Part shown: positions 13,301 to 25,560 of the stretch, piece after piece | Position numbering within the stretch: the first letter of the stretch is position 1 | How the letters are laid out: each line of letters starts with the position of its first letter | Source of the DNA: Octopus vulgaris | Lineage: Eukaryota | Assembly (NCBI GenBank): GCA_951406725.2 | Contig: OX597821.1 | Location: forward strand, 115,382,001-115,446,000 | DNA length: 64,000 bases | Direction of reading: 5' to 3' | Notes under the pieces: generated by a model | What the model was told of the DNA's origin: nothing | Database searches by the model: none | The model's input: the letters and a program-made list of their open reading frames with translations, nothing else | Program-made: the position numbers and the translations under genes

Positions 13301-13749
13301 CCATGTCTGTGTGTCTTTGTGTTTGTCCATACAGCTTGGCAACCAATGTAAGTTTTTTGTTTATTGTAACTGAGCAGTTCAACAAAAAGAAACTGAGGTA
13401 CCAGACTTAAGATTATGAGAATGGTAGCAGGGGAAAGAGGTTGTTAAAGTCGAGGTAGCAGCAATCCTAAGATGTATCTCAGGGAGGCGCAGAAAGGGGT
13501 GAAGAGGAACGATATTGATGATGAGGGAAGGATTTTGAAAGAAGCTATTCCAGGGAGGTAACTGGTAACAAAAAGGAACATGAAATATGTGCAGATTATT
13601 CTCATTATTATGGCAACTCAGTAGTGCCAGAGAAGAATGGCATAGAGATGGGTGTTAGGAAGATGAGGGATGGGGGCTTGAAAAGGACAGATTGTGTGCA
13701 GGGATAGAGTTTATGAACATAAACCTGCTTTTTGGACCTCACCTTCATT

Positions 13750-14090
13750 AAGCTGGACAGGTCCTCTCAAGTACAACAAATCACCAGTAATCTGGTCCAG
13801 AAGGCTTAACATCTTGGAGATCTGCCTTCACTACGTTGTCCCATGTCTTCTTGGGTCTCGCTCTTCCACAAGCGCCATCCAAATTTAGTGATCAGCACTT
13901 CATTACACAACTATCTTTATCCATACATGTCACATGGCTAAAACCAGTAAAGTCTTCTGATCTTTCACATTACAACTGATTCTACTGATGCTCAATATTT
14001 CTTTCATCCCATTCACACTCTGTTGTACATGCGAACTGATGTTGCACATCCAGCCAAGTATACTAGCTTCATTCCTTTCTGATCTTCACA
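13750..14090 (-). mobile_element. Old RTE ORF C-terminal remnant
   Basis: Degenerate similarity to 48450-48800. Confidence 0.55.
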
Positions 14091-14321
14091 TTTCCTCTCG
14101 ATTCAGAACTCGTGTCGTAATACAAACACCGCTGAGCTCTGTTTCACTTCTACATCCAGCCTCTAGCAGACCACTACTGTCTCTGCATCTATCAAATCAT
14201 CTGACCATTGCTTCATCCCAATACCCAAGCACATCAATGCCCCTCTTCCACCCCCATTTCTTGAACTCAATAGCATTTCAGATCAGCTGACTGGTCAGAA
14301 CTCCACCAGTTCTGTAGTAAC

Positions 14322-14465
14322 CTATTTCTTTACTACCCACAGAGGGGACAAAAAAGGACAGACAAACGGATTAAGTCGATTACATCAACCCCAGTGCATA
14401 ACTGGTACTTAATTTATCGACCCCGAAAGGATGAAAAGCAAAGTATACCTCGCGAAATTTGAACT
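14322..14465 (-). mobile_element. 5'-truncated Meta-like SINE with Tx1-type tail
   Basis: Same body and GTGGGTAGTAAAGAAATAG-type tail as the units at 18147-18517. Confidence 0.8.
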
Positions 14466-14821
14466 TGCTTCAATATATATGCTTCAGTCTCTGACTTGTC
14501 ACAACCAGCTCAGGAAATGATTGAAACCTCTCTCTTAGGCATGTCCACCTGGGTCTCACACAAGAAAATCTCACAGCCCTAAATCTCCAATTGTTTACTC
14601 AAAGAGCAACAGCTTGGATAAAACAACAACATACAACACATGGAAAAAAACTGCCCACGTCTACAAGATGAGCAGTGACTTTTTATTTTTTGTCCCTGCA
14701 CCACCACTCCTGTAAAACTCAATGGAAATGCGAAGGTTGTCACTGAGCATCACAAAGTCTTCGAGTTTTCCTGTGGCCCAAAGTGCAGCTGATCCTTTTG
14801 ATCTCTTGCCAAAAATTTCTT

Positions 14822-15155
14822 TTAACTTGCTTCATTCTGACTGTGACCATGCTAGGGCACTGCTTTGAAGGGCTTTTAGTTTGACAAATCAACCCCACTA
14901 CTCTAAAGTTTGGTACTTATTCTACCTTTTGCCAAACCACTAAGTTATGGGGGATGCAAACAAAGTAACACCGGTTGTCAAGCAGTGGTGTCAGTGGGGA
15001 CAAACACACACAGACTTCCATAGTTTCTACCCTCCAAATTCACTCAGAAAGCATTGGTCGATGTGGGGTGATAGAAGATGTTTGCCCAAGATGTACAGTA
15101 GGATTGAACTTGAAATCACATGAAAACTGAGCTTCTTAACTATATACCCATGCGT
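14822..15155 (-). mobile_element. CORE-like tRNA SINE, diverged
   Basis: Reverse-complement similarity to 40597-41015. Confidence 0.7.
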
Positions 15156-15399
15156 CTGTCCCTTACTAGTTTTGTGGGACCCTCCTCTCCTCTGCTTTTC
15201 AAATTATTGACCTCAAAATTTTTTTCATTTGCAGCAAGTTAAGATTCATTCTTTAATTTCCTTTCATTCTGGACAAATAGGAAAAAAAATAAGAAAACCT
15301 ACTTTTGAAATTAAAGCAAAAATAAATGGAGACCAGTCACCTTCCAGAAGTATTTTTGGTGATTCTAAGGTTTTTGTTTAGAAACGAGGACACCCTAAA

Positions 15400-15760
15400 G
15401 GCTAACGTAAATCCTCCAAAGGAAACAAAGAAAAAGAAAGATAATAGGGTGGCGGCGGAATAAGCAACAAAAGGTGCGGGAGAGGGAGTAAGAGGTTGTG
15501 CACCCCAGCCCAAACGATGTGTTCAGCCACGCCTCGCAGACATAACGGTAAAGGCGTTGCAGCAGGGAATGGCCAGCAACACTTATTGCAATAGCTACCC
15601 CACCTTTCTCAGATGGACCGTTGTGCAGGGCTGAGAACACCTGAGATCTCAAAGGCGACCGACACAGATAGAGGTCGGTCAGGCTCCTGTATTTAACTTC
15701 CTCTCCATTATGGGTTTGCAGTCAACGCAGCAAGGTCGGAGACAGTGAACATAGTATCAC
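15400..15760 (-). mobile_element. CRE-like (restriction-like endonuclease) non-LTR 3' fragment
   Basis: Homologous to 50200-50650. Confidence 0.6.
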
Positions 15761-15857
15761 AGCATTTACCAACTCTCATAGGAAGAGGGTTATTCCGTTT
15801 TGTTTGGGGTTTTATACTTTTTCAAATTATTTCCTAAAAAAAGAGAGAACAATTCTC

Positions 15858-16233
15858 GCAGGTGCAGGTGTAGAAAGAAGTTTCCTTCTCAGCAACAGGG
15901 TTCTGGGCTCAATCCCACTGCAAGTGGCAAATGTCTTCTACTATAGCCTTAGGCCAAACAAAGCCTTGTCAGTGAATTTGTTAAACGGAAACTGTAAGAA
16001 TCTTGTCGGGTATATGTATGTGTATATATGCGTGTGTGAGTGTCTGTCCCTCATTATCGCTTGACAACTGGTGTTGGTACGTCGTTACGTCCCCATAACT
16101 TAGAGATTCGGCAGATGAGACCGGCAGAATAAGAACCAGGCTTTAAAAAAATACTGGGGCCGATTCATTCGACTAAAAAATTTTTCAAGGTGGCGCCCCA
16201 GCATGGCCAGTCTGGTAACTGAAACCAGTAAAA
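15858..16233 (+). mobile_element. CORE-like tRNA SINE
   Basis: Colinear with 40597-41015. Confidence 0.75.
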
Positions 16234-16507
16234 TGTCTAGACGTAGCCATAAAACAATTCCACTCGCTTCCTTTCTTAATATAGAATCGAAATACATTGT
16301 GCAAGGGAGGTAACTCTAGTTTCTTTATATTGCCAACGCCAATCCGTTCTGATGCCAGTGTTTTCGCGAAAAGCGTCGGACAAAATGCTTCTCTGCATTT
16401 CTACCGGCACTTCGTGTTCTGAGTTTAAATACCGCCGAGGTCAACTTTGCCTTTCAACGTTCAAGTTCGATGTAATCAGTTAATCCCCTCCCCGTAAAAT
16501 GTATTTG

Positions 16508-16760
16508 GGTACTATTTGCGCGCACTCGCGTACTGGCGCATCCGCGCTAGCTAGTCATGACTAGTCGATCCTTACTTTGTGTTTTTGTGTTTTATTTACT
16601 TTGCGTAAAAAATTATTTACTTTGCGTAAAAAAAATATTTATTTTGTGTTTTATTTACTTTGCTTGGTAGTCGTTGTAGGATCGACTAGTCACGACTAGC
16701 AAGCGCGGATGCGCGAGTACGCAAGTGCGCGCACCGGGACCACTCTTCTTAAGTAGTACC
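16508..16760. mobile_element. MITE with 9-bp TSD (Merlin- or MULE-like)
   Basis: ATGTATTTG|GGTACTA ... TAGTACC|ATGTATTTG; GC-rich ~57 bp subterminal inverted repeats (~16517-16574 and ~16676-16733). Confidence 0.85.
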
Positions 16761-17032
16761 ATGTATTTGCTTTGTGTGTATCTACCGACTTCGCTACCTT
16801 TAAACTGTCTATTAAAAAAAATGGATATTTCTTGAAATTTTCTGAAAATACGGTTCAGATGGTGTAGGTTACAATTATATTGAAATTTGCAGTAATTTTT
16901 TTTTCAGGGGGTGCGCAGTGTGTGCAAAGAGTTTCGTATAATTCACACATTTGTTTCCTCATATTTATTGTTGACGTTACAATTACGTTCGTAAAAAAAT
17001 TATTTTTGAGGACTATTCTACCTATTTCTTTT

Positions 17033-17472
17033 GGATCTTTTCGCTTTGACCGGCAGATTTTTAAAATAATTTCTTTGTAACTAAACACTTTTAAACTTCT
17101 TATACTGATAGAATGTGTTACATAAAACATCTTTTTCTCTTGGCTTTTTGAGAAAATTCTGTAGTTTGTAAGCTATTTGTTGTTTAATTTCTTGCATTTC
17201 GGCAATTTCAACCAATCAATGACGTCTATTGAGGTGAATACAATATCTGCAGTAGTTTGTCAACAACAATTATTTGCGGTGTTATATCAATTTGTCATTG
17301 TTATTTATGAAAAAAAAAGATACCCTTCCCCCACTCCTAACCATAACCCTAACCCCATATATATAAAAAAAATTTTTTTTACGGAAAGTGACGAAACCAG
17401 TACACGAAGTTTAAAAGTGTTTAGTTACAAAGAAATTATTTTTAAAATCTGCCGGTCAAAGCGAAAAGATCC
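17033..17472. mobile_element. MITE with ~65 bp TIRs
   Basis: GGATCTTTTCGCTTTGACCGGCAGATTTT ... AAAATCTGCCGGTCAAAGCGAAAAGATCC; related left end at ~40026-40250; no TSD seen. Confidence 0.8.
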
Positions 17473-17978
17473 TAAGAATTTGTTAAATTAACATTTTTTT
17501 TTTTTTTTTGGCCTTCTTTCACGCACACGATTCGCTTATGGTTATTTGCTGTAATCTGCAGATAATGGGGTCATGTGTCGGGAAATCAGCTGACGTGAAT
17601 TTGACACTTGCAATACTTAAAACGAAAGAATACCAAAAATATTCGTTTAACAAATTCTCAAGGGAAATGGTGGAATAGCCCTCAAAAATAATCACATTCT
17701 ACATCAACGAAAAGTATGAGGAAACAAAGATGAGATGTATGGATTATCCGAATTTACTTTCATCTCCTCCACTGGAAAAGTTTTTCACCACACATTACGT
17801 TATACTTGTAATCACCAACATCTGAAACGTATTTGTAGAAAATTTCACTTAAGAATACCTGTTTTTTCTGGAAGTTATGAGAAAAAGTTGGGTGGGGCAC
17901 ACTTGCGTAGGTACGCCTTGTCTTGGATTTGAATTTCTTAACCATGCAACCACATCTGGCCTTTGAACTTTCAGGATT

Positions 17979-18517
17979 CTTCTTCTCTACTCTAGGTACA
18001 AGGAATGAAATTTTAGGAGAAGAGGCTAGTCGATTAAATCGACCCCAGAGTGTAACTGGTACTTGATTTATCGACCACGAAAGGACGAAAGGTCAAGTCA
18101 GTCTCGGTGGAATTTGAACTCAGAACATAGCGGCAGACGAAATACCTATTTCTTTACTGCCCACAAGGGACTAAACACAGAAAAGACAAACAAGGACAGA
18201 CAAACGGATTAAGTCGATTATATCAACCCCAGTGCGTAACTGGTACTTAATTTATCGACCCCGAAAGGATGAAAGGCAAAGTCGACCTCGGCGGAATTTG
18301 AACTCAGAACGTAGCGGCAGACGAAATACCTACTATTTCTTTACTGCCCACAAGGGGCTAAACACAGAAAAGACAAACAAGGACAGAAAAACGGATTAAG
18401 TCGATTATATCGACCCCAGTGGGTAACTGGTACTTATTTAATCGACCCCGGGAGGATGAAAGTCAAAGTCGACCTCGGCGGAATTTGAACTCAGAACGTA
18501 GCGGCAGACGAAATACC
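17979..18517 (-). mobile_element. Three tandem headless Meta-like SINE bodies
   Basis: Units 17979-18146, 18147-18330 and 18331-18517 each begin (minus strand) at GGTATTTCGTCTGCCGCTA; the two inner units carry a Tx1-type tail. Confidence 0.9.
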
Positions 18518-18759
18518 AATTTCTTTATTGCCCACCGGGAGCCAAACATAGAAATGGACAGAACAACTGATGGGATCAGTGAAGCGATATGATTTTACAT
18601 ATAATGTGACTTTAAACATTTAAATACAATATATAAAAAATCGAATGGAATTAACAATACAAAGACAATACAAATGAAGCGATGATCAGGCCACGCTCCG
18701 ACCCCACAAGCCCCGATCTACCGCTGGTACCTTTTTTTCTTTTTTTTCCCCCCGTCTAT

Positions 18760-21700
18760 TCACACGGTTCCTTGCACGCACAACACTCGTGCAACATGCT
18801 TCCGTCTCTTTTGGAACGTACACTCCGACAGACACCTCTTCTCCAGCCACAGTTTCCTTTTCAAATGAAAAGAAAAAAATGATCGTAAGTTGTGGCCAGA
18901 GATAAAGTTGCCTGTCTTAATTCCTTTTATCCTAGTCTTCCATACTGCCTCTTTTGCTATTGCTACAACCGTGAGAAAACAATTCTTACCTTCGTTCGTT
19001 AGAACTCCCGGTGGGTCAATATTTATACTTGACTCAGTCGACAGCTGTACTTTTCCTTCGCCGGACAACAGGTGTTCAGCATAAGCCCACATTTCAGTTA
19101 TCTCCGGACACTGAACAATAGCGTGAGGGACGGTTTCCCTGCCCCACTCCCCGCATCTTGGACAGGTCGGCGACTGACGTTTACTATGTCCTGCGAGCTT
19201 ATCCCAAACGGGCAAGGCACCTCTGTAGCATTGCCAGGTTAATGACTCTTGGAAGTTGCTCAACGTTCTCAACCCAAATGTACGGTGAAACAGGCTGTCC
19301 AGTTGAATAAATCCTAGACCTAGAGTCGACCCCAGGCCATCGTCGCATTCAGACTCTACCAACCCACTATATAAAATCCATGTGGAACCCCCACCGCTGG
19401 CGTTGCCCAAGCGCCGGAATAGCAAGAGAGCCTTACGGAACTCTTTATGCCACTCACTCGACCTCAGTCTACGAGAACACCAGGCTTCCTGTTCGCAAAA
19501 ACTTTTGAACTCAGGGAACATTTTTCTGGCCAGCGGAGACCACACCCGTTCACTATCCAGGAGAATCCAGAGGTGCCTCAACCTCAACGCATGTCTGCGC
19601 ATCATTAACCAAGGCATCCCTAAACCTCCCTTTAAAAGCTTTTGACGGCAGACAGAGCGTTTCACAAGTGGCGACCTGCCCTTCCACAAAAAGCGAAAGA
19701 GCTGTCTCTCAAACCTGATCAACCACGAATCCGGACAGGACACGACAGTAGGTAATGACCGATGCGATAAACACATTGACCACCTCTGGCCTCCCTTTCA
19801 GGGATAGCCACCGCCAAGACCAGGTCTTGACTACTGCAGCCACCCTGCTCAATACCTCCGTCCAGTTCTTCTCTATCTGGAGGCCTGGTCCAAACCAGAC
19901 TCCCAGCAACTTAACCGGTCCCTCCGTCCAGCGCCCAACAACGCTGTCTGAAGGCATCGACTTGCCAACCCAGGTGCCGAGCTGCAAGCCGACCGACTTT
20001 TCCCGGTTAATCTTTGCTCCTGCCACCTCCTCGTAAGCCTCAATACCCACTTCACGTAGGCGTGCCACTGAGGTTACGCTGATAGTGATATCATCCGCGT
20101 AAGCCGTAACAAACTCCTCTAGACCTGGTTCTCTCGGGATGCCACTCAGTCTTCCCAGTAAAGGCTCGAGAGCCATCACGTACAAAAGTGGTGAGAGCGG
20201 ACATCCTTGACGAACCGAGCGTCTGATACAGAATGGCTTCGAAAGGAAACTGTTCACCCGAACTATCGAGTCAATGTTGTAGTACAAAGCGATAAACTAC
20301 CTGAGGAAGTCAAGGCCCAGGCTAAACCGCGCAAGCACAGTCGCCAGGTATTGATGGTCAACCCTATCAAGAGCTTTAGACTGGTCCAAATGTACCAATG
20401 CCCCACCTTTGCTAGATTTATTACCAACCCTCTCTATGGTATAGCGAATAAGATGGAGGGTATCCTGAATGGTTCTGCATGGGATGGCACATGTATGTGC
20501 CGCCCCGACTATACTATTCGTGACACGCGCCAACCTTTTTGCTAAGGCCTTGGCCCAAATCTTCACTTCTGCGTTTAACAGTGTGATGGGCCTGAAATTC
20601 TCTAAAACGTCTCCCTTGTCCGGGTCCTTTCTGACCAACGTCACTACTCCCCGGCGCACAGATCTGGGGATAAGCCCATTATGTTGCCAGTTCGCGTACA
20701 CGTCAGCCAGTAGTTGCCCGAACAAGTCTGGCATTCATTTATACAGCTCATACGGAAGACCATCATGTCCCGTCGACTTACCCGCTTTACAGTCGGCCAA
20801 AGCCTCCTTCACCTCCACAGGCGTGATTGTCCCTTCGCAAGACTCCGCACCTGACCCCGAGAGGCACGGCAGCCCGGCAAGAAAGCCCTCGAGGGCTCTC
20901 CCACCACCAGGACCGCCGTCACCCATAGCTGGGCAAAGTACTCCCGAAAGGCCTCACACATTTTCTCGGATTCGTTTACCAAGACACCATTTTGATTCGT
21001 CAAAGACCGAATAGAGGAACTTATTTCCTTGCCGAGCTTCCACCACTCGGGCCCATCCAGCGGCCTTGATTCCTTCACTTCCCATTGCACGTAACTTAGC
21101 TCTGGCAATACTTTCCATGTGTTGGGCTTCAAGATGCTGGTTTTAACTCCAGTCTTTTCACCCTCGCTTGGTCTGCATTACCAGTCCTCCAGGCTTAACT
21201 AGACCATCTCCTATTCTATGTCCCTTCTTAGCTAAACTTAATAGATTCATATTTGATTGCTCTTTTTAGAGCGTACCACCATATGTTATTAATGATGGTA
21301 CCTGTTAATGCCCTCTGTATTAACATCTTGATCCGCTTTCTGTACTCCTCAATCGCAAAAAGGGACGTGGTTGAGTTTCCAGTAGCCAGATCCCTGACTA
21401 TGCAACTTATCTACCGTCAGTTTACAGGTAACCATCTTGTGGTCACTGTAGCTGACTAGAAAAAACTGTGGACACTCGACTATGGACTTGCCTGTTTCTC
21501 TAATTAAAATCCTATCTAGATATGTTCTAGAAGACTCGTCACTATTTGACCACGTCCACTGTGGAGTGTTCGGGTGTTCCAACCTATATGGATCTACAAG
21601 CTGAAATTGACATAGCAGATCTCGTAAGCCTGTGTCACATTTTCTGTTCATGTTCGAGCTAACACAATCTGTGTATGCTATACATATTAAAGTCTCCTAA

Positions 21701-22110
21701 CAGTACTAGCGAATGCGACGTGGCTAGGAACTTTCCCAGGTCACGAAAATATTCAGTTTGCGGGCCAATAATGTTTGGTGCGTAAATAGCGACCAGCCTG
21801 ATTGTCTTGCCACAATTGAATGTCAGGTCGAGAACGACCAACCTGCCTTCTGGGTCAGAAAAAAACCCAACTTTTTTGAGGCTACTCGGTTTCTTTTTAG
21901 TAGGAACAACACCCCACCTCCCCGCCCGACTCGGAGAAACGTATTTCTCGTAGCCGTTCAGGGGTGGGGCAGATTTCTTGGCCCCTTCACCCGGGTTTCC
22001 GTTGCAATAATTACATCCAAATTTCTCGACCTGATGTCATTTAGAAAACGTCCTTGCTTCCAGCTTGACATCAGGCCACGAACATTTATACAACCAATGT
22101 GAATAGACAT
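18760..22110 (-). pseudogene. Tx1 ORF2 (endonuclease/reverse transcriptase), frameshifted
   Basis: MSIHIGCINVRGL..ATETR; VAIYAP..LGDFN; YLDRILI..SDH; FRPITLLN; DQSKALDRVDH; VRQGCPLSPLLY; YADD; CPRCGEWGRETVPHAIVQC. Confidence 0.92.
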
Positions 22111-22113
22111 GAC

Positions 22114-23340
22114 TTACCTTTTAGATCGGGGCGTCTTGTGGAGAGGGGTTCTCCGCCTTTTCTTGACTTAGGGTCGGAGATGGTAAGCCTTCAAACATGG
22201 ACTGGTGAAAATCAAGTTTCCATGCTGAGACCGATTTTCTTATGTGTTCGACAACATATTGTATGTTTTTTCGTCCAATTCGTAATTTTTATATTTCTCT
22301 GACAGTTCAATTAATCGAGTCGCTGATTTTTTGGTTTTTATTTCCCGCATTAAATCTTCGTTTTTACTGTATAGTGCAGCTATTCCTCTGTTCGTTACCC
22401 CCTCCGCTTTCCTCGGTCTGTCTCTCTTGGCTGTTTTGTTTTTTGGTCTCGGCTCGCTCTGCTTTTGCTGGTTCGATCCTTCCATTTTCCTTTTATTGTT
22501 TATTTTTTCTTCTGGTTCTTTCTCTCTTTCTTCCCCCTCGCCGTCTGATTCTTCTACACCTTCTTTACAGTATTTTTTAATGTGACCCAGTTGGCCACAC
22601 TGGAAACATCGGGGCTTACGACCCTCAACAAAAATGTTTAGAACTTCCTTCCCTACTTCCACGATTTCTGGGAGCTGTTCTAAAATTTTTCGGTCAGCCT
22701 GTAATATGATGTTAAGCGTCTAACCTGTCCAATAAGTATTTTCTGTGACGGTAGCCTGCCAGAGGTTAATATCTTCCCTGTTTGCCAGGACCGCCGCCAT
22801 CAAGCACATAGGGTTCACTCCGAGCGGAATTCTAGGTATTCGCACTTTTGACGTTCTCATTCTCATGTAGATTAGGATTAACATAGTGTCGTCCGATTCT
22901 AAAGATTTTATAAAGTTGTCTCTGTGCCGTTTCTGCATTCTTGAACCTCACCACGATGGTTCCAAACTTCTTCCCTCTGGCCAGATATGTAATGTCCTGC
23001 CAGATGGGTTTTAAACATTTTTCAATTTTTTGTTCACCTATTTTATCAATTTTCCATGCTTTTAAGCAAAAGGTCTTAAAAATAATGATTTTCTTTTTTT
23101 TTCCTCTGTTAATTCTTCCTCTGGTATTTGTACTTTGACAATTCCATTTTGTTCCGTTATCATATTTTAAATATTCCTTTGTCAGTTGACAGCTGCCATG
23201 TTCCACGCAAAACTTTTCTTTTCTTCATTTTGGATGGTTCCTTTTTCTGTCTTTCTATTAGTGTTCGTAACACTTGGCAATGTTGGAAATTCGCTTTCCG
23301 ACACATCAGAAACGTTGTCGAAAATTAAGCTTTCAATTTT
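22114..23340 (-). pseudogene. Tx1 ORF1 (nucleic-acid binding, zinc knuckle), disrupted
   Basis: VEGRKPRCFQCGQLGHIKKYC; K/E-rich; split over several frames; boundaries approximate. Confidence 0.8.
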
Positions 23341-23551
23341 CTTTGCTTCTCTTTTTAATCGATTCGTCCCCCGACGAAGAACACGAACTTTTCGGCATCC
23401 TGCCGGCAATTAATGTTTTCCCCCACATGGGAAAACCACAGATAGCTTTCGAAAGAAAAGTATACTACAACTTTTTCAACAATAGGCACAGCAAGAAATA
23501 TAACAATTAATAGAAAGTCACGAACACACTCCAACAACAAGTCCTCAGCAA

Positions 23552-23615
23552 CAGACGTACGATATACCACAATGCATTTCGCCCGGCGTGCTGACATTTC
23601 TGCCAGCTCGTCGCC
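23552..23615 (-). mobile_element. Head of the Meta-like SINE interrupted by the Tx1 LINE
   Basis: Minus strand GGCGACGAGCTGGCAGAAATGTCAGCACGCCGGGCGAAATGC; outer TSD TTTGAACTTTCAGGATT (17962-17978) vs TTTGATCTTTCACGATT (23617-23633). Confidence 0.85.
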
Positions 23616-24212
23616 ATTTGATCTTTCACGATTGAAATATCTGGCGTAAACTACGGATGTGTGTGCCATGATACCAACGACAACTTTCTGAAAAAATGGA
23701 ATTTTCCAGATACAGTTTTGATGACGCTACATAGGAGTTTGTTCTAAAGATGTTCACGGATAATTCACACACCTCGATTTGTTTCCTCGCAGCTTTTTCA
23801 AAAACAGAAATTTTTTCCGTAAATTTAATTTCACACCAGACTTGATTTCGGTATTAAAAAATTCTTTCCCCGCGGGGTTTTTTTTTTGGGGGGGGGGGGA
23901 ATCGTCTTAGCTGTCGGAAATGCATTTTCTGTGGAAAATTTAGGGGGTGAGGTGGAATGAAGCTGATTAGCAAACGTCGCTTTGTTGTTTCTCTGGTCAG
24001 AAGCGTAACAAAGCGTTGCAGCAAGTAGCCATTTTTAAATAAGGCGCCAATTTGTGGTAGCAATATGACGTAATATTATTGTCGTTTTTTCATTGGTTAA
24101 TATAACTGCACATATAAGAATTCTAAGAGTTACTTAAAGAATATTTGTATGTAATTTCGATTCATTAAAGTCAGTTGAGCAGTTATAAAAACCCTGGATT
24201 TTGAGGAAAACT

Positions 24213-25560
24213 TCAGTGTTTGTTGGATGTCAGTTTGGCTTGGACGTGTTTTTTGAACCTGTGAGTGGCTGCTTTGAGTGAATTTGTTGATTTTGTTAAA
24301 CGTTGTTGTTAAGGGTTATTATTGGACGGTTCTTTCGATTTTTGTCTGTCTGTGTTGGGACGGACGGAGGGGGGCGGTCTGCCCCTCCCTGGGGGAGAGA
24401 TGGCAGGGCGAGGTATGTTTGAGGGTCTCAGTGTGTTGGATTTGTCGACCTCTGGGGGGGAGCTGGAGGGGGCTGGGGGAAGATGGGTGAAGAACTGGGA
24501 ACTACGTGCGCGCGAGCGACAGGGTTGGTGGAGGGGGAAATGGATCTGGCTGGGTTGCCAAGTTGTCGGGATTTCGGCGGTGGGGTGGAGTTGTCACCGC
24601 CACAGGGGAGAGGAGAATGGCGTGAAGGGGGGGCCCATCGCGTGCAGGGTTTGCGCAGGTGAAGTGGGGAAGGTTGAGGTGGTCGGAGTGGAAATTGTTG
24701 AGATGCAGTTCTCGAAATGAATGTACAAGCGGAAACTGAAGTGCTGGATCAACTAGCAGAAAACATTAAAATGGGAAACATTATTATGAGAGTGTGGGTG
24801 GGGGCATAGCTCCTTGCTGTAACAAGTGTGGCCTGAAGGGCCACATAAGAGCTAACTGCCCTCCCCCATCAAAGGAAATAAGATTGGAACCACAAAGAGA
24901 TGTAGAAACCGAGGAGGAACAGAATACAACGGAAGAGGAGGAATTACCAAAAGAACGGGAAGAAGGAGGAAAAGGAGAAGGAAAAAAGCAAACCGTTCTG
25001 AACCCCAACCCACCCCAACACCACCCGCACCCTCTGAGGCCCACCCCTCCCCTGCAGACAGTGAACCCACCCGCTCCCCACCAACAAGAAAACAAAAAAA
25101 ATAGAGACAGCAAACACACAATATAACTTTAAAAATCCTAGGCCCAATATTCTTGGTATTTGGAACTCAGAAGAAATACGGGAAATAATGGAAGAATGGG
25201 GAAAGGTGGAATAGAATGACAGCTGGGACAAGGCGGGGGTTAATGGACGCAGTAATTTCTGAAGATCATGTAAAGGAACTTAGGGAGGAATTTTTAAAGA
25301 AAAACTATAAATTGGTTAGGCATAAAATTGAAAAAGAGAGAATAACTGAATTGGAAAGAATATTTGAATCTAAACCAGAGGACTATATGTATTTCATTCC
25401 GGTATAGGGAAGAAGGACAGGTAAGTGATGCTAGCGGATGGGGCCGTTAGCATCACTTACATTATTTCATTTTTTCATACTTTGTGTAATTGTGATGTTT
25501 TATGTCCCCAATGTTTGTATTGTCCCCTCTGTGTAGCCCTTTATGGGTAATAAAAAATCA
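24213..25560 (+). mobile_element. ORF1-only (HAL1-like) Tx1-related non-autonomous retroelement, copy 1, A-to-G hypermutated in its 5' part
   Basis: ATG at 24400; CNKCGLKGHIRANC knuckle; stop at 25407; hairpin 25421-25460; tail TGTAGCCCTTTATGGGTAATAAAAAAT; no endonuclease or RT motifs. Confidence 0.8.

Larger units (their letters stand above)
18518..23551 (-). mobile_element. Full-length, decayed L1/Tx1-clade LINE
   Basis: 5' UTR, ORF1 with CCHC knuckle, ORF2 with APE endonuclease, RT and C-terminal zinc finger, 3' tail GTGGGCAATAAAGAAATT. Confidence 0.95.
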
